Positions 37,100-48,464 of a DNA stretch of 64,000 nucleotides are shown one piece after another. Source of the stretch: Daphnia carinata (lineage: Eukaryota); the NCBI RefSeq assembly GCF_022539665.2, contig NC_081332.1, positions 1,860,001 through 1,924,000 on the forward strand, in the 5' to 3' direction. The notes under the pieces are model-generated. The model saw nothing but the letters and a program-made list of their open reading frames with translations, was not told the origin of the DNA and did not search any database. The position numbers and the translations under genes are program-made. Within the stretch, counting starts at the first letter, position 1. Every line of letters starts with the position of its first letter.

Positions 37100-40000
37100 T
37101 TACTTTTTAAGTGTTTGATCACACTGGAAAATGTTTGAATGATCGATTGTTCCTTTTGGTTCTTCCATCCGATTCTTGCTCCGCCGCATACACGATAATG
37201 TATACCTAGCATTCGTGTAAGACCACATGTGCATAAAATAACATTAATAACATTTTACAACTGGGAGTAGATAAAAAAAATAAATAAACACAACTAACAA
37301 CAAAACTCGCTTACTTTTCCATTTCCTCGGCTTCCTTAACTGTGTTCGGTAGAGTTGTTTTGTTAGTTTCAGGTAAAAGAAGACAGAGGAGTCCTACACT
37401 CAAGTTGACACCGGCAAATACTATGAAAGGCAGTGCTGGATCGATTTTCCTTCCCTGTGTGGAAGCCATGAATTCATGAAATCTCCAATTACGTGATATT
37501 TTCGTAATTTGCTTACAGCGGTAGCTATAATAGGTGCTAATATCCCACCAATGCGACCACATGTCGAACAGAGTCCTACTGCAGCACTTCTAGCTGACGT
37601 AGGGAACAGATCTGACGTATATGAATAGACCGTTGCCATCACGCACGATATGAACAGTTTTCCAAGCATGGAGAATGTGATCCTGATTGCTGGAGGATCT
37701 TTATGACAGTCAAGCAATTATTCAAACTAGTTTGTCCATTGAAAAACAAAAGCTGTGATTCACACCTTCAGGAACAAGTCCTGTTATCAAACAAGCTATG
37801 CCACTGGCAATTAAACCTCCGCTGAGCGTAGGTCTTCGCCCAAGTTTGTCCATGAGAAAGATACCGCTAATATAGGCTGGGATTTCCACAGCCCTGTGGG
37901 TAATCAATTGAAATGATAAGATATCAGGGAGCTGCATACAAATTGTATACTTGCATTGCTAGTTCGTAATTGAGGAAGAAATCGTCCGATAAGTTCGTCG
38001 CTGAAAATGTAATCCCGTAATACCCCATAACGGCAGCTATCCTGTAAGTTTAACCATCACAATTAAATCGTTGTAAATTGATACAGAAACGCGATACTTA
38101 CCAAGCAAAGAACATGATCGCGAATCTCTTCCAGAGAATTTTGGAACGAAAGACATCTCGAATGCTTTCTCCCTTTGAATTGCTGCTGGAAATGGGTTCC
38201 CCTTCGTGATCCCGGCCATCTGCCTGTTAAAATATTCGCAGGTATGATTGTGTCGTATTTTTGCTGTGCTGTATGAAGTTTGTACGTACATTGTCGCTTT
38301 TTGCTTTTCCAACAAAGATTAAGTGATCTGGAACGCTTTTCTTATTCATTTTCGCCGCCTGGAGGATGAGGATACGGGCTTCCGAGTACCGCTTCTTCGT
38401 GATTAGCCAACGGATCGATTCAGGGACGACCCTTTTTCATTTCAGAGAATCATACGAATCAGCAACAACTTGCTATAAAACACGTGTAATCGAAGTACTT
38501 ACCAATAAAGGGAGACGAGGGCAAACATTGGAACACTGATGACGAGTTGCAGATTTTTCCAATCACGGATGTAATAGGCCACCAGACCAAGAACTGCGCA
38601 TCCGACGGTAAAAACGCACTGGTATATGAAACCGCACATTACACGATATTTCTTGCCAACAGCTTCCACACCTGACTCATCGTTACCGGAAAACGTTTTG
38701 GTTTTAAGTTTTTGTCATTGGTAGAATGAGTAATAAATTCATCGTTGTTTAATATAGCCATCAAGTATACCAAGAGTGGTAACGCCGGCAAAACAACTGT
38801 AGCAACGCATGTTAAGCTCCATAGATGGCATAGCATTCCGTACAAACTGTTAGTGTTGTTCCGGTATTTGACAGTTTGGACCCGCCAGAGTACTATGGTA
38901 AATTGAGATCTTCTTAATTCGTTGGCCGTTGTGAACGTGATGCCACGTTCTAAATACTGAGCGTGCTGGCGAATTATTCTAAATACCGGAGCGTGCTGGC
39001 GAATTGTGTTAAATACCGGAGCGTGCTAGCGAATTGGACCGAACAGCTGCAACGCCATCTATGGAGCTTAACATGCGGACCTCAAGCTATTCCGTGCGAA
39101 AGGCTACCCTGGTTACTACTCCAGGTATACTTCATGCTATAACAAATAGTTTCAAAATTACAAATCAACTTACCCCATACAAAGAGTATGAGAAAATGAC
39201 CTATTGCCGTGACGCCGCACAAAAATCGCAACACGCAGAATGTTGCGAAGTTCGGAGAAAATGCCAAACCAGTGGTTAGAGTGGCAAGAACAACAACATT
39301 CACAGAAAACGCCAACTTGCGGCCAATTCTAAAACAATATTATTTCAATTAGGATAAGATTCAACAGGTAGGATACTACACCTACTGATTTGTAACTCTG
39401 CAAGAAAGCTATACGTATACCTATCGGCTATGTTTCCAAGTGTTGCTGCGCCCACTAGCATTCCGAACATGTAAACTGAGCCGGCCAGAGTTTCTTTCCA
39501 TTCGTTTTCGCAGGTCAAATCGAACTGTAATTTAACAATTTCAATAATTTTGTTTAAAGTAATTATACAGTATATATGGTACGCAAACCTCCGTGACGAT
39601 AGTTGATTGGAATAATGATGTATCATAAACCCAGTGGTCACATCCCACAATCATTGATGGGTCAGTCGGGGCGTCAGGTTGCTGGCATTCTTCTAAATTC
39701 GTCCAGGTGTAATTGTAACGTTTACATTGATCTGGGGTATTATCTTCTGTCCATGGAATAGTATTGTTCAGCCAAGGCGTATAGACGTTGTTGGGCTCAG
39801 ACGAAACGCTATAGTCAGCATCACAACCCTCTATAAAACATCTGGGCAAGCGCTACACGTTACAGCCTCGAATAAAAGACAAAGATTTAATGAAACTTAT
39901 TCACCTGTAAACAGGAACTGCGCCCGTGAACGTGTAGGACATCACCACCATACCCGGGAAGAATGCGGGTATGCACAGCCATAAAAATGTGCGCAGTTGA

Positions 40001-40140
40001 TACTGTCCTAATTGACCAAGATGTTCCAAAATGTCGTCGTAGTTAAAGGTTTCTTCTTGCTGTGTTTTGCAATCATTTTGCTGACTCTTTGTGGAATCAT
40101 CTTCGTCGCAAATGGAGTTTGTGGATGAATTTTCCGTCAT
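37100..40140 (-). CDS. SLC22 / organic cation transporter-like MFS protein
   Basis: YDDILEHLGQLGQYQ, CDHWVYD...STIVTEFDLTC, GNIADRIGRK, VPESIRWL, MDKLGRR, YTSDLFPTSARS, LLPET; multi-exon and in phase. Confidence 0.93.
38759..39136. mobile_element. MITE with CAT(G/C)AAGTATAC terminal inverted repeats, in an SLC22 intron
   Basis: Left catcaagtataccaagagtggtaac, right gttactactccaggtatacttcatg; subterminal inverted gcatgttaagctccatagatggc; three internal taaatac.gagcgtgct.gcgaatt repeats; degenerate 7-bp flanks atatagc/ctataac. Confidence 0.85.
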
Positions 40141-40876
40141 TCTTATGAACTGTGTATCCAATTAAAGTTGAAAAATGCTTAACTTTTGCTGTTGAATGTC
40201 AGAAAAACTCCAGGAACAAGAAGCAGGGCTTAGCGCGGCGTAGATTGGCTAAATCCACGCGGCGGACTGATGACAAAAGCGACTCATTTGCGCTTGGAGA
40301 CTGTTTAATCTCTGTAGTTTGTCCTTGATAGACTGATGTACATGTGCCGTAATCACGGCTGTCATTCAGTGTCTATGTTGTTATCTAATTATTCCTTTTT
40401 CGTGCCAAGCGAACAGCAACAGTAGCATGCCTTCAAATGTGATTGTTTGCTTTGTTGTTGTTGTCTTGCTGTTTTTTCATGATTACATGAGCTTTGACCC
40501 GTCTCACACAGCTTGCGACGAATATTAAACTTCGTCGCATTAACTTCATACGTCTAGAGGTTTCTCATAACGTAGGTAACGAGCAAGCGATGTCATACTG
40601 TATTCTTTTCTACTTCATTCATTTTTATTAGTATTAAATGTGATCTAAAATTATTTCGTCCGAAATATGATTGTACGAGAAGCAAGTATAAAATTTCACG
40701 TGCAGTCTCCCGATTGGTATCGGAAGCACGGACGTATTAGGGTGCAAATCATTTTTCTATCACGATTCACGATGGTGTTGTCGGAATCCTTCCACGATTA
40801 GGTTGCAATTTTACTTTTCTGATTTCAAATTCAAATTTCTTCTTCAAATCTCTTCATTGACCCCTCCTACGGCTTG

Positions 40877-43800
40877 CTACATAATTTCAGGGCTTAGAAG
40901 GAAGCCACCAAAACTAGTTAAAAGATGTTCGAGATTTCCACTTTCATGAATAGATCCGACGAGTAATTCCACCTCAACAGTGTCCTTTTCTTGGAGCTTA
41001 ACTGTAGCCTGTAGATTGACGGGGAACCATCCATAATTGTCGTTGGAGTTGATATGCCCTTCGGTTAACATTTGTGGAGTTTTTTCTTTCTGATTTTTGT
41101 TAATCCAGAGTCGAACAGTGATGATGCTTGTCCCCGAAATATGCGCACTGGCCTTCAACGCTAAATGTTAAAAGACTCGGAATTATTGGAAGAAAGGCTC
41201 ATCCAGCTTCGTCACTTGACATTCAATTGTAGCCTAAATGTAAGAGAAAATAACAAAAATTTTCAGCCTCAACCGGTAAAGTAGAAATGGTAGATTCCGT
41301 TCATTGGAACTGTGAATATTCCCGATGCTGGGTTAAAGGCATGCCCATCATTTAATCGATTTATGAGGTACGGCTGTATGGTATCATGTTGGTCAAAGCT
41401 GCTGTTTCTTTGAGCAAAAAAAGCAACTTTTGCCTGAATTGCAAAGGTAAAGTTACATCGTCAACGGCATTTTTTTTTCACCATTAAATAAAAAGGCCAA
41501 TATAATTAAAAAGGCAAACAGAGTTACCACTGTTTTAGAGTATCGTTGTTGCTCGCCATTAAGCCTTGATGCCACTTTTTCTATTTTTTCTTCGACTGCT
41601 TCTAGTTGTTTCTTTATCTACATGACATTTAAAAAAAACAATTAAATTTAAAATCAAATCAAACGGTAAAAATTAATAAACGCATCATCAACTTACAGTG
41701 TTGGTAAAAACCTTAATGTCTTCTTGTGATACTAGTTCGCTACCTAAAACAAAGTTCAATTAGAGTTAGTTTAGTGTAAGTCACCAAATGGATCAAATGA
41801 CTATGATGATTAGCAATGTAAATGATGAAATGGGAAATTTGAATTCCTTATCAGATAAAAAAAACAGTCGATTATCACTGGGCTAAAACTATTTTAGGCA
41901 AATCTCTATCGGATTATAGAGATTTTTTCCTTTCCTTTTGACGGACCTTCGGAAAAGAGTATCAGAGAAACAAATGCATCCTTCGTAACATGCCACGAGC
42001 AATCATGGTGGCAAGGTTGAAAACGAAAAAGAATGGCGGTACTGCACTGATACCTGAGCTTCCTGGAAGACCTGCATTAGCTGTCGGATTATTGGTTAAT
42101 CCTAAAGCCCCTGTGGTATCAAGAGGAAGGAGGAATTCATTAGTCTCATGCCTTGGAGGAAAATGTAAATGTTCAACCCAAATGCAAAACTACACTCGGG
42201 GAAAAAAAAAAGATTATTAAGGAGCTCACCGTCATCTGGAGTTGCTTCCGTGGTAGGACGTTTGTTTTCCATGTTTGGTGTTTCTTCTGTGGTAGGAAGT
42301 TTGTTTTCCATGTTCGGTGTTTTCCGTGGTAGAAAGTTTGTTTTCCATGTTTGGTGTTGCTTCCGTGGTAGGAAGTTTGTTTTCCATGTTTGGTGTTGCT
42401 TCCGTCATTGTTAATGCCTGAGCATAAGCGCTTGAGGGTAATCCTGTCAATCAGATTTTAAAGAAAAAAACAAAACAAATTCACTGAAATGCGCAGATAC
42501 TGTGGATAAAAAAACGTGATTTCGAAATGTTTTCTACTGGCAACTAAAATTCGCCGAACGTAGCGGACAGAAAATTGGAAAAACAAAACAGAGGATGCAT
42601 GGCAACATGAAGGATTTCACTACTCATTAAACAGTGAATAGAAAAGAGAGTAGGTGACTAATACCTGAGATTTCTTTAGGATCTGCGCTGGTTGTCGTAA
42701 CATCGATTATTCCAAAATCGTCTGTGGTAGCTATCCAGAGGAATGAGAAATTCATTAGGTGGAAAGGTTATCTTAACGGGAAAATGTGAATATTCAACAA
42801 GTGCAAAGCTGAACCATGAAGTATATCAGTAGTACCGCCTGGAAAACAACTTGAGCTACGCATTTTTAAGCTGAAAATTGCCAGTACGCTCCGGTATTTG
42901 ACAGTATTGGCGTGCCCGAGTGTTCTAGTAATTTAGATCTTGTTAACCATTAAACGTGTCAAATGACGGAGCGTACTGGCGCATGATACTGAGCAGCCGA
43001 AACGCCATCTATGGAGCTCAACATGCGGAGCTCAAGCTCTTCCGTGCAAAGGGTACCCTCGTTACTATTCCTGGTATACTTCACGGCTAAACACAAGGGG
43101 AAAAAAATAATAATGTGTTATAAATTTACCTGCATCTATAGTTGTTTCCGTGATCATATTTTTGGTTTCCATGTTTGTCGTTGATTCCGTAATAGCTGCG
43201 GCCTGAGTATAGGCATTCACCGGTATGTCTGCATTGTAAATTTAATGAGATTCTTTTTAAAGTATTGAGGGATTAACGATGAACTAAAGAAATTCATAAT
43301 GTCAAATATAATACACAGCTACATTGAACTGCCATCAAGTTCATAATACGCCATTTGGTGGAAAATTCGCAGGACGCAGCGAATAGATAGGCACCACCCT
43401 TTAAACAGTACATAGAAAAATGATTTGGTGATTGATACCTGAGATTCCTGGGAGATCTGCACTAGTTGTCGGATTAACGCTTGTTGCTACAGGGCCTTGG
43501 GTATCAGGAAGAAAGGGACATTCATTAAGCTTATACCTTAACAGAAAAATGTAAAAATTCACCAAGTGCAAAACTGCACCGGGGAAATAAGAATTTGAAG
43601 GAGCTCACTGGCATCAGGTGTTGTTTCCAAAATAGTAACTTTAGTTTCCGTGCTTGCCGTTGTTTCCGTAACAGTTGATTCCTGAAGAGTTGTCAGTATT
43701 TCTGCATTAAGTTTTTGGAAGATTAAAAATTCAATAAATAAATTCTGAGTGAACTAGTGAGTGGAGAAACATGAAACACACAGCTACCGTGGATAAAATA

Positions 43801-45224
43801 TACCTGTTTTCGCTATGCTATCATCTGGCATCAAGTTTACAGTAACTGGTTGGGTGGACAATTCGCCTAACGCTGCGGATAGAAAAGCAGAAAAAACAAG
43901 AAAACATGCACGGCTATCATTTTACTACCACTTAAACTGTTAACAGAAAGAAGAATTGACGATGGATACAGGAGCTCCAGAAGTATCAAGTATCAAAGGG
44001 TTACTCCTAGAGCTCCTGTAGTATCAAAAAGAACGAGAAATTCATAAGCAAGAAAGGCTAGCTTGACAGAAAAATTTACGTATTCATCAAATACGCATCT
44101 ATACTCGACAAAAAAAAAATATATATCAAATAGTTTACCGGCATCTATAGTGGTTTCCAGGGTCGTAATTTTGGTTTCCATGTTTTGTGCTGCTTCCGTA
44201 ATAGCTGCTGCCTGAGTAGAGGCAATTGTGGATGGCGTGGAATCCGTAATAGCTGCTCCCTGAGCAGAGGCGCTTGAGGATAGCGTTGGATTCGTAATAA
44301 GTGAAGCTTGAGTAGAAACATTAGACGTTAGCATTGGTCTCGTAGTAGTTGATGTCTGGGTAGAGGCATTTGACGGTGGAGTTGGACTCGTAGTAGTTGA
44401 TGCTTGAGTAGAGGCATTTGAGGATGGCGTTGAACTTGTAATAGCTGATGCCGAGGTAGGGCCATTTGACGGTGGAGTTGGACTCGTAGTAGTTGATGCC
44501 TGGGTAGAGGCATTTGAGGATGGCGTTGAACTTGTGATAGCTGATGCCTGAGTAGAGGCATTTGAGGGTCGCGTTGAATTCGTAATAGCTGAAGCTTGAG
44601 TAGAGACATTTGATGTTGTCATTGATCTTGTAGTAGTTGATGCCTGGGTAGAGGCATTTGACGATGAAGTTGGTACCGTAGTAGTTGATGCCTGGGTAGA
44701 GGCATTTGACGATGGAGTTGGTACCGTAGTAGTTAATGCCTGGGTAGAAGCATTTGACGATGAAGTTGCTCTCGTAGTAGTTGATGTCTGGGTAGAGATA
44801 TTGGACGGTGATGTTGTTCTCGTAGTAGTCGATGACTGAGTAGAAGCATTTAACGGTGTCGTTCCTCTCGTTGTAGTTGATGTTTGAGTAGAGGTACTTG
44901 ACTGTATTCCTGTATTGGGGTTTTAATAAAACAATTTTTGAAAAACAAAATTAGAAACACACTATTACCTAAAGAAACTCATTATATGAGATAAACAGTA
45001 CTAGGGATAAAATATACCTGTGCTGGATGTGGTTCCAACTGGCATTGTGGTTACAGTAGTTCTACTTGTTTGAGTTGTCAATTGGCCAAATGCAATGGAC
45101 AGGAATGCAGAAAAAACCAAAAAAAATGCACAGCTACGAAGAATTTCACTACCCTTAAAGCAGAAAATGGAAAGAAGAATTAATTACAAAAACCATAATG
45201 TTTGCAACTATTAAGTTTTACCAT
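40877..45224 (-). CDS. Secreted protein with Ser/Thr mucin-like repeats, a short coiled coil and a C-terminal C1q domain (one internal exon is frameshifted)
   Basis: Inferred ATG-only coding exon at 45224; signal exon GSEILRSCAFFLVFSAFLSIAFG; 20-aa STQASTTT repeats (44909-44140); several phase-1 exons; IKKQLEAVEEKIEKV; C1q motifs VAFFA, AFNPASGIFTVPMNGIYHFYF, LQEKDTVEV, SFGGFLL. Confidence 0.8.
42230..42405 (-). repeat. 39-bp coding minisatellite (TEATPNMENKLPT), about 4.5 copies
   Basis: acggaagcaacaccaaacatggaaaacaaacttcctacc is repeated; one unit lacks 2 nt. Confidence 0.9.
42815..43085. mobile_element. Second copy of the CATGAAGTATA MITE, in an intron of the C1q gene
   Basis: catgaagtatatcag ... 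ctggtatacttcacg; flanks gctgaac/gctaaac (7-bp target duplication with one mismatch); internal homology to 38759-39136. Confidence 0.85.
44200..44900 (-). repeat. 60-bp coding tandem repeat (Ser/Thr/Pro-rich 20-mer)
   Basis: gtagtagttgatgcctgggtagaggcatttgac-like units recur every 60 nt. Confidence 0.9.
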
Positions 45225-45534
45225 TACTTTCATTGTCGAACTTTCGTTTTGCTCTCGGAGGGATAAATGAGTCTAATTACGTTTCCACTGCTTATATTTG
45301 GTACATATCGTACCGAATACGTGCTTTTTCAGGCAAACGTTTAGCTTCCATCAACAGAAAAATGATACATCCTAAACGAACGAGATACACGTTAAGAAGA
45401 AAGGTTACCAATTTAGCGAATTATTTTAGACTCACCTTTCAGTATTCGTTGCAGTCCATGGAGTCGTTGTGGTTTTCCTAGAACTTTACATCGAGACGTG
45501 TTTCTGAATTTAAGACATCTAAGTTAGTTAGATT

Positions 45535-46215
45535 GAAATTTAACGCGACATTCGAATTTCAGTTCAGATTTAGCTTAAGGTAATCTGTTTTCAATTTATG
45601 AGTAGAATTTGAACATGTTTCAGTTTCTAGAATTCCATTTCGAATGTTCTACAGCCTGAACTACAAGTCTAACTTAATAAAGAACCTGATATTCATGATC
45701 CTTGTTCAATTTTGAATAGAAAATAGGTTTTTTTTTTTAGCCAAAGTTGGGATTTGACTAAAAATCACAAAAGTGCAAAGGCTATAGCCTTTACTGTTTT
45801 GCAAATTTCAGTAAATTTGGACATGTCTTACAATTTGACCAAACTTAACCATATTGATCAAAATTGAACGAGAATTTCGAATTTCAGGTCACATTTAATG
45901 TAAGCCCATCAGTTTTCATGTTATGAGTTGAAATTGAGCATGTGTTCAAGATTCTCATTTCAACCGTCCTACTGTCGAAAATACACATCACACTTCAAAA
46001 CAGACCTGCTTTCCGTGATACTTATTCAATTCTGAGTAAGGGTCAGGTGTTTTTAGTCATAGTCGAGTTTTGATCAAAAATTGCAAAATGCAAAGGCTAT
46101 ATGGCCTTTGAATGTTTTCAAAGTTCTGTAAATTGGGACATGTTTCAGAATTTGACCAAGGGTTAACCGTTTTGACCAAAACTGAGCAAGGTTTCAAGTT
46201 TCATTCCAGGTTAAC
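45535..46215. repeat. Degenerate tandem repeat with a period of about 320 bp (about 2 copies)
   Basis: Paired blocks ttcgaatttcag (about 45551/45875), ttatgagt.gaa, ttcaatt.tga, tgcaaaggctata (about 45774/46089) and aatttgaccaa. Confidence 0.65.
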
Positions 46216-46523
46216 GACTTTACTGCTAAATTTGCGATATGTATACTATTCTGCTTCAAGACTTTTCGTGAAAAAAGTTCACTCTGTAATTGAAAGTAAG
46301 CCAATGACCATCATTCGGCTGTCCTACTACATAAGAGTTCATGCGACCATGCCACGCGAAATACGAATACGATACTGAATGACGCCACAAGTTCACATCG
46401 TTTTTTCCGGGTAGAACTAGTGGCGCCAACGTCTGTTATGCGATTTGCTTGTTGTCACGAAGTAAATATAAGCAGACGAGCATATTAGTAATTTTGTGTT
46501 AGACAAATATCAAAATCAGTATA

Positions 46524-47867
46524 ATGTTAGTTGGGGTTATTATTGGGTTGGCTACCTTCTTCCTACATGTCCATAGTTCTCCCGGAGTGCAATTTGTAAT
46601 TAAAGCTATGAATGATGAAGTTGGAAAAGAGAATTTTCTTTTGCAGGAACAGCAATGGTCTTCGACAAAAAGTATGCTTCCTGCCGTTATCAATACATGG
46701 GCGTTCACCAATGCTACAAAAAGAGGTATTATCTTTTACTAAGGTAGAAACGTATGCTCACTGTTCTTATGAGTAGCATGGGAGGTCCTTTTTGAGAATG
46801 GAGAATCTGCTCTAGATGCTATTGAAAGGGGCTGTACTGTTTGTGAGAATGAACAATGTGATGGCACTGTTGGATATGGTGGAAGCCCGGATGAAAATGG
46901 AGAAACAACCTTAGATGCCATGATAATGGATGGGTATGAAACAAACATCTTTCTTATACAATGTTTAATACATTTGCTTTTTTTATTTGTGTAGGCCAAC
47001 ACATCGCTGTGGAGCTGTGGCTAGTATGAAGAATATCAAGAGTGCCATCAGTGTTGCAAGGAAAGTTATGGAACATACAGAACACACACTTCTAGTTGGT
47101 GAAGGTGCAACTAAGTTTGCTGTAGATATGGGCTTCCCCATGAAAACTTGACAACTAATGAATCAAATGAAATTTGGGATGAGTGGAAGAGTAAACATTG
47201 CCAGCCTAATTTTTGGATGGTAATTAACAATTTTTTAAATAAACTGAGCTAGGAATGACATACAGTTTACCTGCTTTAGAATGTACTGCCTATTCCAGAA
47301 AGGAACTGTGGGCCATATACGCCCTATGAAGTGCAAAAGGAAACGGAATTCGGCACAAAAGATGGTATAAACTATTAACAGTCAATGCGTAAGCTAGATA
47401 ACATTGATGTTTGCTATTTAGAATCTAGAAAAAGCCATGACACCATAGGAATGGTAGCAATTGATGTGGATGGGAAAATGGCTAGTGGAACATCCACTAA
47501 CGGTGCAAGACATAAAATCCCAGGACGTGTGGGTGACGCCCCCATTATAGGTTCGGGATCTTACGTGGACCAAGAGATTGGAGGTGCTGCTGCCACCGGA
47601 GATGGCGATGTCTTGATGCGATTCTTACCAAGCCTTGCTGCTGTTGAACACATGCGAAGCGGCATGACTCCGAGCACTGCCGCGGCATACTCATTGAAAC
47701 GAATAGCACACTATTACCCTCGATTTGAAGGAGCTGTTGTTGCAATGAGAAAAAATGGAGAATTTGGTGCCGCTTGCCATGGTTTCAAAAATTTCACGTA
47801 TGCCGTTTCGAATCCTGATTTAGGGATACCTCGTGTGTTTTTCGTCGATTGCGTTCTTTCTGAATAA
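46524..47867 (+). CDS. AGA: N(4)-(beta-N-acetylglucosaminyl)-L-asparaginase (aspartylglucosaminidase), with a 1-nt frameshift in this sequence
   Basis: [53 protein letters not shown] (nucleophile Thr), [24 protein letters not shown]. The frame breaks at the C-run 47136-47139. Confidence 0.93.
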
Positions 47868-48464
47868 TATTCTTTGCTGTTTCCTTATTGTCGAAAAAAT
47901 GTTTTGGGTTACTATAGAAAAGGACAGCTCTCTGTGATCGAATGCCATATGTGTAATCGTTGATTTCAAGTGAACTATCGTGCAGTTTGCAATTACTATT
48001 CCAGGTTCGAATTAAATTTCATTGTCTTCCAGTTCAAAGGCTGTAGGCAGTTCGAGTGATATTCATAAGGGTACCAGTAGGTTATAATAAATATAATGAA
48101 CATGGCAAAAGTTTTTTTTTTTCAATTAAAATTCATGGAGAAGAACGGAAGTTCTTTGCTAAACAAATCGGCGGTACGATGACAAGGCGACAACAGAGCC
48201 ATCTGTGAAATTTGTATACATAACAGGTCTACCAGGCGTCTGCTAAATGCTGATGTGTTATTTCTCATTAATTGTTCAGCTGTGCCACGAATTATTTATT
48301 GTTTCTTGACTGCCATTTACAGGGTTATTTTTTGTTAACACTGTGATTGTCTTGTTTTCACCGCCTGAGACGGTGTTTTGTTGATGTCGGTGGAACTTTT
48401 TACATCGTCTTTGTCGCACCTCTTCCACTACCGTCCGTTTCTCGTTGCACGCATCGTCACGGCC

